A stretch of DNA of 27,651 nt from Vampirovibrionaceae bacterium NZW_1234 (lineage in GTDB: Bacteria; Cyanobacteriota; Vampirovibrionia; Vampirovibrionales; JAGQHJ01), in NCBI GenBank assembly GCA_041697335.1, contig JBGUGD010000034.1, positions 1 to 27,651 of the forward strand. The letters are read 5' to 3'. The position numbers and the translations under genes were made by a program. Within the stretch, counting starts at the first letter, position 1. Every line of letters starts with the position of its first letter. The notes beneath the pieces were generated by a model. It was not told the origin of the DNA and made no database searches. It saw only the letters and a list, made by a program, of their open reading frames with translations. Below, piece by piece: positions 1 through 9,299 of this stretch.

Positions 1-1478
1 GGGATTTCGTCAATAACATAGATGGCTTTCGGAATTTTGTATTCACCCAACAGGGCCTTGCAATGGCGCAAAATGTCCGCCGTACTGAGGGTAATTCCGG
101 GCTCTGGTACCACATAGGCGGCCACCATCTGATGATATAATTCAGACGCTTCACCTTTCACGGCACAAGCAGAAATACCTTTGTATTGATAGAGAACCTC
201 TTCAACCTCCTGAGGATAGACCTTGGAGCCACCCACGTTAATCAGGTCATCCCGACGGCCATTGAGAAAAATATACCCATCCTCATCGGTATAACCCATG
301 TCCGACGTATACAGCCACCCATCTCGCAGGGCCTTCGCTGTGGCATCCGGGCGATTTAAATATCCCAGCATAACCGTATCCCCTTTCACTCGGAGTTCAC
401 CCACTTGCATGGGAGGAAGTACTTGGCCCAGCTCATCAACAATCTCCACGATGACTCCGGGAATGGCCTTTCCAATGGAACCCGGTTTTCGGATACCTTG
501 CAAAGGATTAGAGGTCACGATTGAAGAGGCTTCCGATTGCCCATAGCCTTCCTGAACCGGGGCACTAAACATCGCTTCAACCTGATGAAAGACCGCCTGA
601 TGCATGGGGGCGGCTCCGGAGTGACACACCCGAAGCGATGAAAAATCATAGGCAGGATTGGGCAATAGGGACAGCATCATCTGATACATGGTTGGAACAG
701 CCGCCAGGAATGTGACCCGAAACATGGTAATCGCTTCCAATAAGCGCTTTGGATTAAACCGCTTGATTAGAACAATGGAAGCGCCCTGCATCGTGGCCGT
801 CAGTAAGACATTCGTGAGGCCAAACACATGAAATAATGGAGACGCCGTAACAAAGACATCCTCCTGACGAGCGTCAATAACCTGGGCATTGGCCTCGGCA
901 TCGGCCAGTAAATTGCGATGAGTCAACATCACCCCTTTTGGCCTGCCTGTTGTTCCCGACGTGTAAATCAGCGTCATCAAGTCATGGGATTTTTGCGGCG
1001 GCAATTGATTGATATCAATCGGGGCGAACGTGTGTGCCTCATCCAACGTTTTCAGGGCAACATTACCCCCGGGTTGCTTGACCTCTGGCTCGGCATAAAG
1101 AATCCAACGCAGGTTTGAGCACATCTCCTCACACAGTTCGTAATAGTCCTCACAGACAATCAGCCCCGTCATCTCGGCATCCTCACAGATCGTCCTTAAT
1201 TCTTGCGAGGTTAAACGATAATTGAGAGGCACAACTACTGCTCCCAGTGCTTGAAGTGCAAAGAAGGCTTCCACAAAGGCTTCCTGATTATTTAGAAGGA
1301 TCCCCACCCGATGGCCAGGCATCACGCCAAATTGATCTTGCAACAGATGGGCAACAGATAAGACCCGCTTCCAAACCTCACCATAAGTGACCTGGTTACG
1401 AGTATGGTAGTCAATCAAATAAGGTTTTTCCGCCCACTGTGTCGCTGAATGTTGAAAAAGTTCAAACAACGTCTCCAT
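1..1478 (-). CDS. fadD: Long-chain fatty-acid--CoA ligase / AMP-binding (ANL) enzyme, 3' end runs off the window
   Basis: Manually translated (absent from the ORF track because it has no stop in the window). ATG at 1478 with GGAG RBS at 1487-1490. Starts METLFELFQ..., has AMP-binding motif LIYTSGTTGRPKGVMLTH, plus QEGYGQSE, GWLYTSDMG and GRRDDLINVGGSKVYPQEVE. Substrate chain length is not determinable. Confidence 0.85.
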   Translation of the reverse strand, partial: METLFELFQHSATQWAEKPYLIDYHTRNQVTYGEVWKRVLSVAHLLQDQFGVMPGHRVGILLNNQEAFVEAFFALQALGAVVVPLNYRLTSQELRTICEDAEMTGLIVCEDYYELCEEMCSNLRWILYAEPEVKQPGGNVALKTLDEAHTFAPIDINQLPPQKSHDLMTLIYTSGTTGRPKGVMLTHRNLLADAEANAQVIDARQEDVFVTASPLFHVFGLTNVLLTATMQGASIVLIKRFNPKRLLEAITMFRVTFLAAVPTMYQMMLSLLPNPAYDFSSLRVCHSGAAPMHQAVFHQVEAMFSAPVQEGYGQSEASSIVTSNPLQGIRKPGSIGKAIPGVIVEIVDELGQVLPPMQVGELRVKGDTVMLGYLNRPDATAKALRDGWLYTSDMGYTDEDGYIFLNGRRDDLINVGGSKVYPQEVEEVLYQYKGISACAVKGEASELYHQMVAAYVVPEPGITLSTADILRHCKALLGEYKIPKAIYVIDEI

Positions 1479-1489
1479 GGCCGAAGCTC

Positions 1490-2590
1490 CTAGCATAGGG
1501 TCAACTGACGTCCCCGATTGGCCTTGAGAGCCTCAAGCACTTTTTTATTGGCCTTGGGAAACGCATATTGGTCAATTTCATCGAGGGTTACCCACTTCAG
1601 GGCCTGAGACGCCCTGGGGGATTCCTGGCCGGAAACATAGGTGCAGTCGAACGCATGAAGGGTAATCTTAAAGTGGCTATAGGCATGTTTTACGGTGGCA
1701 ATATTGGCATCCACGGTAACCTCCAGCCCTGTTTCTTCCTGGATCTCTCGCCGAATACAGTCTTTAATGGATTCGTCCGGCTTACATTTTCCGCCAGGAA
1801 ACTCCCATAAGCCACCCAGGAGACCTTCGGCAGGACGAAGAGCAATAAGCATTTTGTCGTCTTTCCAAATAACACCGACGCCAATAGTATGGTGCGGCGT
1901 TTTCTTGGCCGCCTGTTTCACAGGGATTTCATCCTGCCGGTTTTGAGCATAGGCCACGCATTGGGATTGCCAAGGGCAGCGAGAACAATCCGGCTTTTTG
2001 GGCATGCACAGTGTTGCCCCTAACTCCATAAGCGCCTGATTAAAATCAAAGGCGTCGTCAGTGTCCTTAGGCAACAATTGTTCGGATTTCTCCCAGAGCA
2101 GATCCGTCACCGCTTGTTCTTGAACCGGTTGGTCGATTCCATACAATCGACTGAGCACTCGTTTAACATTACCATCCAAAATAGGCATTGGTTTTTTCAG
2201 GGCAAACGTACAAATAGCCCCTGCCGTACTCCGGCCAACACCGGGCAGGGCATGAACCTCTTCAAAGGTTGCAGGGAAGATGCCATGATGCTCAGACACA
2301 ATTTTCTGGGCCGCTTTATGAAGATTACGCGCCCGGGCATAGTAGCCCAACCCCTCCCATAGCTTCAACACATCATCAATGGCGGCTTCAGCCAAGTCCT
2401 GAATCGATGGGAACCGCATCAGAAAGCGCTCATAGTAACCCAAAACAGTGGCAACCTGGGTTTGTTGCAACATGATTTCCGATAACCAGATTTCATAAGG
2501 GCTATTCGTCACACGCCAAGGCAACTGACGATGTGATGCTCGATACCAGGCCACCAGAGCTTGAGACAAATTCACATTCGATTCACGCAT
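1490..2590 (-). CDS. mutY: A/G-specific adenine glycosylase MutY with C-terminal Nudix (MutT-like) domain
   Basis: Motifs WLSEIMLQQTQV, WEGLGYYARARNL, HhH LPGVGRSTAGA, DGNVKRV, 4Fe-4S motif CMPKKPDCSRCPWQSQC, Nudix box GLWEFPGGK...REIQEETG. Confidence 0.96.
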   Translation of the reverse strand: MRESNVNLSQALVAWYRASHRQLPWRVTNSPYEIWLSEIMLQQTQVATVLGYYERFLMRFPSIQDLAEAAIDDVLKLWEGLGYYARARNLHKAAQKIVSEHHGIFPATFEEVHALPGVGRSTAGAICTFALKKPMPILDGNVKRVLSRLYGIDQPVQEQAVTDLLWEKSEQLLPKDTDDAFDFNQALMELGATLCMPKKPDCSRCPWQSQCVAYAQNRQDEIPVKQAAKKTPHHTIGVGVIWKDDKMLIALRPAEGLLGGLWEFPGGKCKPDESIKDCIRREIQEETGLEVTVDANIATVKHAYSHFKITLHAFDCTYVSGQESPRASQALKWVTLDEIDQYAFPKANKKVLEALKANRGRQLTLC

Positions 2591-2632
2591 AGTGTTATCT
2601 TATCCAAAACCACCTGAAAAATCCCCACTCAG

Positions 2633-2662
2633 AAAAAAGCCTCCTGAAACAGGAGGCTTTTT
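2633..2662 (-). terminator. Rho-independent terminator downstream of the 2709-3497 gene (potentially bidirectional)
   Basis: AAAAAAGCCTCCTG-AAA-CAGGAGGCTTTTT perfect stem with A and T tails. Confidence 0.85.
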
Positions 2663-2708
2663 ATTAAACTTATCGATTCAACTGGGGAAATTTGCCTGTG
2701 ACGACTGC

Positions 2709-3497
2709 CTATAACTTGCTCAACAGGGCTGCAAGTAAGGGATTGGATCCACCTGCCGCCGGAGCTGCCGGTTGAGGCTGAGGCATCATCAGCGACAAGA
2801 ACGGTAGAATTTTGGCTAAAGGTGAATCTTCGTCGTCGCCCACCAAAGCCGTAAGAATGGTGGAGAAATCCGGCGGACGGCCCGTCAAGAGGCTGGGCAG
2901 TAAAAGCTTGAGGATGTTTGGCTTCTTACTATCAGATGACCCGGCCAAGGTATCGATACGTTCTTTACGCTCTTTACCGGCTTCGGTCTTACCACCAATT
3001 TCAACATTATCGGTGGCTGTGGCCTTAATGGCTTTGAAGTCATCCAAGGTCAGCTTACCAACACTGCTCGTTTCAGTGGATTTGTTAACCACATTGTTAA
3101 TAAATTCTGTGAGTGACAAGCCGGCAACACCATCGGTATTTGCAGCAGCCACAAAGCCCTTGCGATCGTCACCACCGACAATCATAAAGGCGTTGAAGTC
3201 ACGCTCTTTTTCGAGGGCAGCAAGCTTCGTCTTATACTCATCATCATCGCCAAGAAGACCTGAAAACAGATCGCCGCCTTTTCCACCCAAGAGACCGAGG
3301 ATGGGGGCAATCTGACCCAAGCCGAAGGCTTTGAGTTGTTCTTCAGTTTCTTTCTGCTGCTTTGCTTTCAAATCAGCAATTTGAGATTGTAATGCTTTGG
3401 TTCGCTTTGCGAATGATGCTTCCGTTGCCTGACTATCATTTCCCGCAGCAGCCAAGTAAAACCGGACTGCTTCATTGGTCGAAATCGATAAGGACAT
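2709..3497 (-). CDS. Hypothetical protein, Gly/Leu/Asp-rich, no Cys/Trp/His, degenerate EF-hand-like loop; candidate secreted protein
   Basis: AGGAG RBS at 3506-3510 favours ATG 3497 (MSLSISTNEAVRF). Long open frame with its own terminator. NTDGVAGLSLTEF resembles a degenerate EF-hand. Confidence 0.75.
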   Translation of the reverse strand: MSLSISTNEAVRFYLAAAGNDSQATEASFAKRTKALQSQIADLKAKQQKETEEQLKAFGLGQIAPILGLLGGKGGDLFSGLLGDDDEYKTKLAALEKERDFNAFMIVGGDDRKGFVAAANTDGVAGLSLTEFINNVVNKSTETSSVGKLTLDDFKAIKATATDNVEIGGKTEAGKERKERIDTLAGSSDSKKPNILKLLLPSLLTGRPPDFSTILTALVGDDEDSPLAKILPFLSLMMPQPQPAAPAAGGSNPLLAALLSKL

Positions 3498-3589
3498 TAT
3501 CACTTCTCCTTAAAATATATAGGATTTATTCTTCTCTTATCACAATAAAAACAATCTAAAGATATGAATTGCCTTTTTGACAAAATTTG

Positions 3590-3607
3590 TTTACATTTAT
3601 ATACAAT
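3590..3607. promoter_or_regulatory. HLR1-like direct repeat (candidate OmpR/RpaB-type site)
   Basis: TTTACATT-TA-TATACAAT versus (G/T)TTACA(T/A)(T/A)-N2 repeat, 1 mismatch; AT-rich context. Confidence 0.3.
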
Positions 3608-3725
3608 TTATTAAACACACCCTTGAAGCCGCCAATAGCGTGTATATAGTCAGATTGAAGCCGCTGGAAAAATCTCTTTTCCATAAGCTCTCCTCGTCAA
3701 GGGAACACTTTCGATTAAAGATGTA

Positions 3726-4151
3726 TTAGGCGCAATGGTCCGTCATCACCCCTGAATTGCGTTGCGCATTGGCCGTCACTTTTAAAAAAGCCTCCGGCGT
3801 CAGGCTTAAAAGCACCGTTTGGTTAAAGGTGTCTACCAATTCGAAGCGATCGGTTTGGTCATTGTAGACAAAGCGGTACAGGATGTTGGGATCAAAGGCA
3901 ATGTTAAACTCGGCAGCAATCAAATCCTGCAGTTCATCATGAAAAGGGTTCTCCTGAGGATTCTTCTGCTCTTCGCGCTTTTTCTCTTCCAAAATATCAT
4001 CTTCATTGTCAACGGCTTCAATGGCATCGGCAGCAAGCACCTTATTTTGTCGGGCTGCTTCGGCTTTGGCTCTATCAGCCGCGTTCAGATGGCCCAGGGT
4101 ATCCAGGTACCCAAGATGTTGACTGGGTCGGTATAAGCCATCCATACTCAT
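3726..4151 (-). CDS. FlaG-like protein (putative)
   Basis: C-terminal LYRFVYNDQTDRFELVDTFNQTVLLSLTPEAFLKV follows the FlaG pattern (L.F.....t......vD..t.evi..iPpE..Lk). Charged N-terminal region; upstream sigma28-type promoter. Confidence 0.5.
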   Translation of the reverse strand: MSMDGLYRPSQHLGYLDTLGHLNAADRAKAEAARQNKVLAADAIEAVDNEDDILEEKKREEQKNPQENPFHDELQDLIAAEFNIAFDPNILYRFVYNDQTDRFELVDTFNQTVLLSLTPEAFLKVTANAQRNSGVMTDHCA

Positions 4152-4196
4152 AAGGGATTACCGTACTATGCAATTCCATCTAAATACCTGAGTTTA

Positions 4197-4223
4197 GTAT
4201 CGGCATGTCAAAACAAAACTGTA
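4197..4223 (-). promoter_or_regulatory. sigma28 (FliA)-type promoter
   Basis: Minus strand TACAGTTT-N11-GCCGATAC versus consensus TAAAGTTT-N11-GCCGATAA, about 45 nt upstream of the FlaG-like ATG. Confidence 0.7.
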
Positions 4224-4290
4224 AATTCGGGCTTTTGATAAGATAGAGTTCATCTTTTAAACACAAGATCACAGACAAGGCACCTTCCTT

Positions 4291-4887
4291 TTGATGCTCA
4301 CCAGCCGTTGCTATTTTTTCGGTACCTTCAACCCCATTCACCTGGGACATCTGATCATGGCCGAATCCGCACGCGCCCAGTTTGGTTTCGACAACATACT
4401 CTTCATTCCGGCCTTCGTTCCGCCACATCGTCAACATGACAGTGATATGGCCGACTTTCATCATCGTGTGGCCATGGTGGAGGCCGCGATTGAAGGGAAT
4501 CCGGCTTTTTTCGTATCAGCCGTCGAACAAACACTGCCCCCGCCGTCCTATACGATTCAAACCCTCCGTTATTTTCACCCGGATTTTGATATCTCGACGT
4601 CTCGCGTCCCTATCATTATCGGGGCCGATGCACTGGCTGGCCTGCATACCTGGCACGACGCCATAACGCTCAAGAACCGGGTACGGTTCATCCTGGCCCC
4701 CCGGGAGTCTCTTTCAAGGGAGCCACAGTCATTGTCTGACGATCTTGACACCGTTACCCTGGATATGCCACTGATTGGCATCTCGGCCACCGACATTCGA
4801 TGTCGAATCCGAAACCGAAAAAGCATCCGCTATGCTGTGCCCGACGGGGTTTTATCCTATATTACCAAACACCGGCTCTACGACTGA
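4291..4887 (+). CDS. nadD: Nicotinate-nucleotide adenylyltransferase
   Basis: FGTFNPIHLGH (HxGH), PPHR, SYTIQTL, IIGADAL, ISATDIR, YITKHRLY. Start may be ATG 4294. Confidence 0.92.
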   Translation: MMLTSRCYFFGTFNPIHLGHLIMAESARAQFGFDNILFIPAFVPPHRQHDSDMADFHHRVAMVEAAIEGNPAFFVSAVEQTLPPPSYTIQTLRYFHPDFDISTSRVPIIIGADALAGLHTWHDAITLKNRVRFILAPRESLSREPQSLSDDLDTVTLDMPLIGISATDIRCRIRNRKSIRYAVPDGVLSYITKHRLYD

Positions 4888-4979
4888 CAGCCATGATTTA
4901 CCCTCATGTCGCTGGGAAGTCTTCCTGAACTCAAGTATGATTCTGAAATAACCAACTCTATAGGACCACGTTTCAAATT

Positions 4980-6029
4980 ATGGCCCTCTCCATCCGCACA
5001 AGCCGGTCCAAGACCGCACGCTCACTACCTTCCGAAAACATCCGGCTTCAGTTGGTTCAATTAACGGCAACCCACAATGCCCACCAACAGCTTTGCCAGG
5101 ACATTTATCAGGGGCTAATCAAGACCGAGCCCAAACAAATCCCACCAACCTATTTTTATGACGCCCATGGGTCCATGTTGTATGAGGCCATTACGGATTT
5201 GCCCGAGTACTACCCGACTCGCACGGAAGCGTCCCTGCTTCAACAAAGTGTGTCAGAGCTGCTGGGCCATCTGGGACATTGTCCGGAGTGGGTCGAATTG
5301 GGCAGCGGCTCTTCCTCAAAAACCCGCATTCTTCTGGATGCCTGGTCAAACACCCTGCCCCCCCTCACTTATATTCCCGTGGATGTCAGTGACACCAGTG
5401 TCATTGAAGCCTCACGGCTTCTCATTCATCAGTATCCCCGACTCCAGGTTTCCGGCCTCATCGGCCAATACGAAGCTGCACTGGATTACCTGCAACCCAA
5501 GCCCAATCGATGCTTTCTTTTCCTGGGCAGTACCATGGGGAATTTTACCCCACACCAGCAAGCTGCCTTCATAGATAGACTCGTTAGGGCCATGGCGCCA
5601 GGGAATTTATTTCTGCTTGGATTCGATCGCCGGCCCAACGAGCAAAAACCGCAATCTGTCATTGAGGCTGCCTATAACGATGCTCAAGGGGTGACAGCGG
5701 CATTTAACCTGAATGTGCTTTCCCGACTCAACCGGGAGTTGGGTGCCAACTTCATGGAAAACCACTGGTGCCATCGGGCCTTTTATAATGAGGACGACCA
5801 CCAAATCGAGATGTACCTTGAATCCCAGCAAGACCAATCGGTGTCGATTGCGGATCTGAAAACCGAAGTCACCTTCAAACAAGGCGAGCGCATATTGACG
5901 GAAATTTCCCGTAAATACGATCCGAACCAACTCGCCCACTGGTTCAAGCCGCATGGGTTGAAATGCATTCAGCACTGGACCGATAAAAACCAGTATTTTG
6001 GCCTGATGCTGCTGAGCAAACAACGTTAG
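4980..6029 (+). CDS. egtD: L-histidine N-alpha-methyltransferase (hercynine synthase)
   Basis: PKQIPPTYFYDAHGSMLYEAITDLPEYYPTRTE, VELGSGSSSKT, FLGSTMGNF, AYNDAQGVTAAFNLN, TEISRKY. Confidence 0.93.
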   Translation: MALSIRTSRSKTARSLPSENIRLQLVQLTATHNAHQQLCQDIYQGLIKTEPKQIPPTYFYDAHGSMLYEAITDLPEYYPTRTEASLLQQSVSELLGHLGHCPEWVELGSGSSSKTRILLDAWSNTLPPLTYIPVDVSDTSVIEASRLLIHQYPRLQVSGLIGQYEAALDYLQPKPNRCFLFLGSTMGNFTPHQQAAFIDRLVRAMAPGNLFLLGFDRRPNEQKPQSVIEAAYNDAQGVTAAFNLNVLSRLNRELGANFMENHWCHRAFYNEDDHQIEMYLESQQDQSVSIADLKTEVTFKQGERILTEISRKYDPNQLAHWFKPHGLKCIQHWTDKNQYFGLMLLSKQR

Positions 6030-6141
6030 ACAACGGGACTTGCCGACTTTAGGAAATTTCCAGTGTCCGACGGGTTTCTTTATGGCATAATACGCCCTGA
6101 AAACTCGTGTTGTCCGTTGACCTGCAGGAGCCAGAGCCCTT

Positions 6142-7110
6142 ATGAACATTGCATCAGATGTTACGGAATTGATCGGCAGAACCCCTCTTGTTCGCTTGAA
6201 TCGGGTCACGGAAGGCTGCCATGCCACGGTTGTTGCCAAGCTGGAGAGCATGGAGCCCTGCAACAGCGTTAAAGACCGCATTGGCCTTAGCATGATCCAG
6301 GTTGCGGAAGCATCCGGACAGATTTCACCTGAGAAAACCGTTCTTGTTGAACCCACCAGTGGCAACACGGGCATTGCTCTTGCTTTCGTGGCTGCCGTCA
6401 AAGGCTATCGCCTGATTCTGACGATGCCCGATACCATGAGCCTGGAACGCCGGGTATTACTTAAAGCCTTTGGCGCAGAATTGGTCTTAACCCCCGGAGC
6501 CCAAGGAATGCGGGGTGCCATCGAAAAAGCCGAGGAGATTGTCCGAAATACGCCGCATGCCCTTATGCTGCAACAGTTTGAGAATCTGGCCAACCCCAAA
6601 ATCCACCGGGAAACTACGGGCCCGGAAATCTGGAATGATACCGACGGCCAGGTGGATATTCTGGTCAGCGGTGTGGGTACGGGAGGAACCATTACGGGAA
6701 TTAGCGAATACATCAAGCCCCTAAAGCCCGCCTTTCACACCATTGCCGTGGAACCCACCGACAGTCCGGTTCTGTCCGGGGGAAAACCTGGCCCCCACAA
6801 AATCCAGGGAATTGGTGCCGGCTTTGTCCCCCCTATCTTAAACCGCGACATGGTTGACGAAGTGTTCCAGGTGAGTAACGAACAAGCCGTCGAAATGGCG
6901 CGTCGCCTCGCTAAAGAAGAAGGACTTCTGGTGGGCATTTCGGCGGGTGCTGCCGTATTTGCAGCCCTGGAAGCAGCCAAGCGCCCTGTGAACAAAGATA
7001 AGCTTATCGTGGTTATTATCCCCAGCTTTGGTGAACGCTACCTGTCAACGGTGCTCTTTGAAAATCTGCAAGAAGAAGCCCGCCAGCAAGTGGCTGTTCC
7101 CACCGCGTAA
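6142..7110 (+). CDS. cysK: Cysteine synthase A (O-acetylserine sulfhydrylase)
   Basis: [13 protein letters not shown] lysine [49 protein letters not shown]. Confidence 0.96.
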   Translation: MNIASDVTELIGRTPLVRLNRVTEGCHATVVAKLESMEPCNSVKDRIGLSMIQVAEASGQISPEKTVLVEPTSGNTGIALAFVAAVKGYRLILTMPDTMSLERRVLLKAFGAELVLTPGAQGMRGAIEKAEEIVRNTPHALMLQQFENLANPKIHRETTGPEIWNDTDGQVDILVSGVGTGGTITGISEYIKPLKPAFHTIAVEPTDSPVLSGGKPGPHKIQGIGAGFVPPILNRDMVDEVFQVSNEQAVEMARRLAKEEGLLVGISAGAAVFAALEAAKRPVNKDKLIVVIIPSFGERYLSTVLFENLQEEARQQVAVPTA

Positions 7111-7147
7111 TCCCGCATTCCCAAGACTGCAAGGAGATCCCCACCCC

Positions 7148-7615
7148 ATGGTGAACCTGAACGAACTCAAACACTTTTACCAACAGAACTATGCTCGCCA
7201 CCTGGTCGTCAAATCCCAGAACGTGGAAATCATTCTGGTTTGCTGGATGCCGGGGCAGGGTTCGCCAATTCATGGCCATGGCCCATCCGACTCGGTCATC
7301 GTCATTCTCGAAGGGGAACTGGCCTACACGAATTACTATCCGGATGGGAAAACCATCTCCGGTGTCCTGAAGCCGGGGGAGGTTGCTCACGCCCCGGTGG
7401 GGGTCCAGCACCAAATCAGCAATCATTCCGATAAAGAGCTGGTCACCCTGCATATTTATGCCCCGCCACTGAACCGAGAACTGCAAGGCTTTGACCTGGG
7501 CTACGCGAACGATGTGGAGATTCAGGAGGTTCAGCTCCCCGAGCAGACCGTCAAATACCTGGTAGCCTCCTCACTTAGCGCTGCGGCCAGTCATGATATC
7601 GAGTTTTCAATTTAA
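7148..7615 (+). CDS. Cysteine dioxygenase family (cupin)
   Basis: ATG 7148 after AAGGAG. YARHLV (Arg-type), CWMPGQGSPIHGH, third His in QHQISN, TLHIYAPP. Confidence 0.85.
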   Translation: MVNLNELKHFYQQNYARHLVVKSQNVEIILVCWMPGQGSPIHGHGPSDSVIVILEGELAYTNYYPDGKTISGVLKPGEVAHAPVGVQHQISNHSDKELVTLHIYAPPLNRELQGFDLGYANDVEIQEVQLPEQTVKYLVASSLSAAASHDIEFSI

Positions 7616-7619
7616 GGTT

Positions 7620-8561
7620 CTAGAACGAAAACGACATAACCAGCCATAACGACGCCACCGACACCAGGACCCACAGGACCACACCCTGGGCAAAGGGTTT
7701 AATGCCCACAGCCCGAAGTGTTTCGAGGGACAGCCCGGTTCCGATTAAAAACAGGGTGACCTTTAACCCGGCCTTGGCTAAAGCAACCACCGCCGGAGCA
7801 ATGGCATGGACTGGCGGCAGATAGGTCTGCAACACAGAGGCTAGCAGAAACCCCAGGATAAACGTTGGAAAGCGGGTGGTTCCGGATTGTCGCTTGAACA
7901 GCCACGCGGTTGCCAGGGTCAGCGGAACAATCCACAAGGCCCGGGCCAGCTTCACGGTTGTGGCAATCTGCAGAGCCTGATTGCCGTATTTGGCCGCCGC
8001 CCCCACGACGGAACTGGTGTCATGAATGGCGATGGCGGCCCAAAGCCCAAACTGGGGCTCGGACAGATGGAACTGGTGGCCTATCACAGGAAAAATCAAC
8101 AACGCCAGCGAATTCAAGACAAACACCGTCCCCAAAGCAACGGACATTGCCCGGCTGTCGGCCCCCAAGACCGGCCCCACAGCAGCAATGGCACTGCCAC
8201 CACAGATGGCGGTCCCGGTGTTAATCAAATGGGACACCACGCTATCCTGTTTCAGGGCTCGTCCAATACTCCATCCCACTCCCAATGTCCCAAGAATCGT
8301 CAGCAGCGTGACCAGAATCCCTGACGCCCCGGCTTTTAAGACCTCCTGAAGGTTCATGCCAAAGCCCAGGCCGATAACGGAATACTGTAATAACTGCTTG
8401 GTCCATAGGGCAGGGCGACTGCCCAAAGGTTGTCCCAAACTACAGGCCACAGCAATTCCCAACACCAGGGCCATGGGCGGAGACATAAACGGCAGAGCAC
8501 AGAGGGCCATCAAGGTCAAAAACAACCCTTGCTTCCAATTGCCAGAAAGAGTCCACGCCAT
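7620..8561 (-). CDS. YeiH / putative sulfate exporter (PSE) family membrane protein
   Basis: LLQYSVIGLGFGMNL, GTAICGGSAIAA, GLWAAIAIHDTSSVVGAA, TTVKLARALWI; multiple TM helices. Confidence 0.9.
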   Translation of the reverse strand: MAWTLSGNWKQGLFLTLMALCALPFMSPPMALVLGIAVACSLGQPLGSRPALWTKQLLQYSVIGLGFGMNLQEVLKAGASGILVTLLTILGTLGVGWSIGRALKQDSVVSHLINTGTAICGGSAIAAVGPVLGADSRAMSVALGTVFVLNSLALLIFPVIGHQFHLSEPQFGLWAAIAIHDTSSVVGAAAKYGNQALQIATTVKLARALWIVPLTLATAWLFKRQSGTTRFPTFILGFLLASVLQTYLPPVHAIAPAVVALAKAGLKVTLFLIGTGLSLETLRAVGIKPFAQGVVLWVLVSVASLWLVMSFSF

Positions 8562-8624
8562 CGCTTCACAGCATCCTGAGGGGTACGCTCTCTTTATTAA
8601 AGCAAAAAAATCCGGGATGCGTCC

Positions 8625-9233
8625 TTAGGGTAAGTTTCGGTTCAGGTGCACCACCAGATTCCCGGCTCGGCGTTGCAGGGCGGCCAAGGAGCGCATGAAG
8701 GGACTTTTTGGCCAGCGACGCTTTTCAATTTCAGCCATGACCTCGTTATAAGCCTGGAGATTAAAATGTCGTGTAAACTGGGCCAGTTGATCGTTCCCCG
8801 CTCCTTTGGATCGACGGTAGAGGCTTTGGGCAATGATACGCTTATCCATGGCATGCATCCCGGTCTGATCGGCCTTTAAAATCTCCGCAAATACGGCCTC
8901 TTCCGGGGTCAATGGCTTACCGGATGCCGCCTTCTTGGTGACTGCCACAAAATCTTCGCAATCTCCGTCCTGGGTTCCCCAGTATTTCTGCAACATCGCC
9001 ATTTCGGCTTTCATAACGTCCGTCGGCAACTGGACCCGTTTCAGACGGTTTAACTGGGACAAGCGTGCATAGAAAACCGGGTATTTTTGATCCCAGCCCT
9101 TGGGAATGTCACAAAAATCTCCTGCTCCGGGCTTTTCCTGAAGATCCGTACTCCGAAACATCACCGCCGTTTTGCAGTTTGCGGGGGCAACGGGTTGATT
9201 CGCTGCCAACATTGTCAAATTTCCTAAACGCAT
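8625..9233 (-). CDS. Hypothetical protein, paralog of 9300-10001
   Basis: AAGGAG RBS favours ATG 9233 (MRLGNLTMLAANQP...AVMFRS). Shares PLTPEE / YRRSKG / AYNEVM / KRRWPK with its neighbour. Confidence 0.75.
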   Translation of the reverse strand: MRLGNLTMLAANQPVAPANCKTAVMFRSTDLQEKPGAGDFCDIPKGWDQKYPVFYARLSQLNRLKRVQLPTDVMKAEMAMLQKYWGTQDGDCEDFVAVTKKAASGKPLTPEEAVFAEILKADQTGMHAMDKRIIAQSLYRRSKGAGNDQLAQFTRHFNLQAYNEVMAEIEKRRWPKSPFMRSLAALQRRAGNLVVHLNRNLP

Positions 9234-9299
9234 TGTATTCACTCCTTATTGTCCTCCAACACACCCGGACTCAACCTCCATGAGAGGGTCACACCCATC

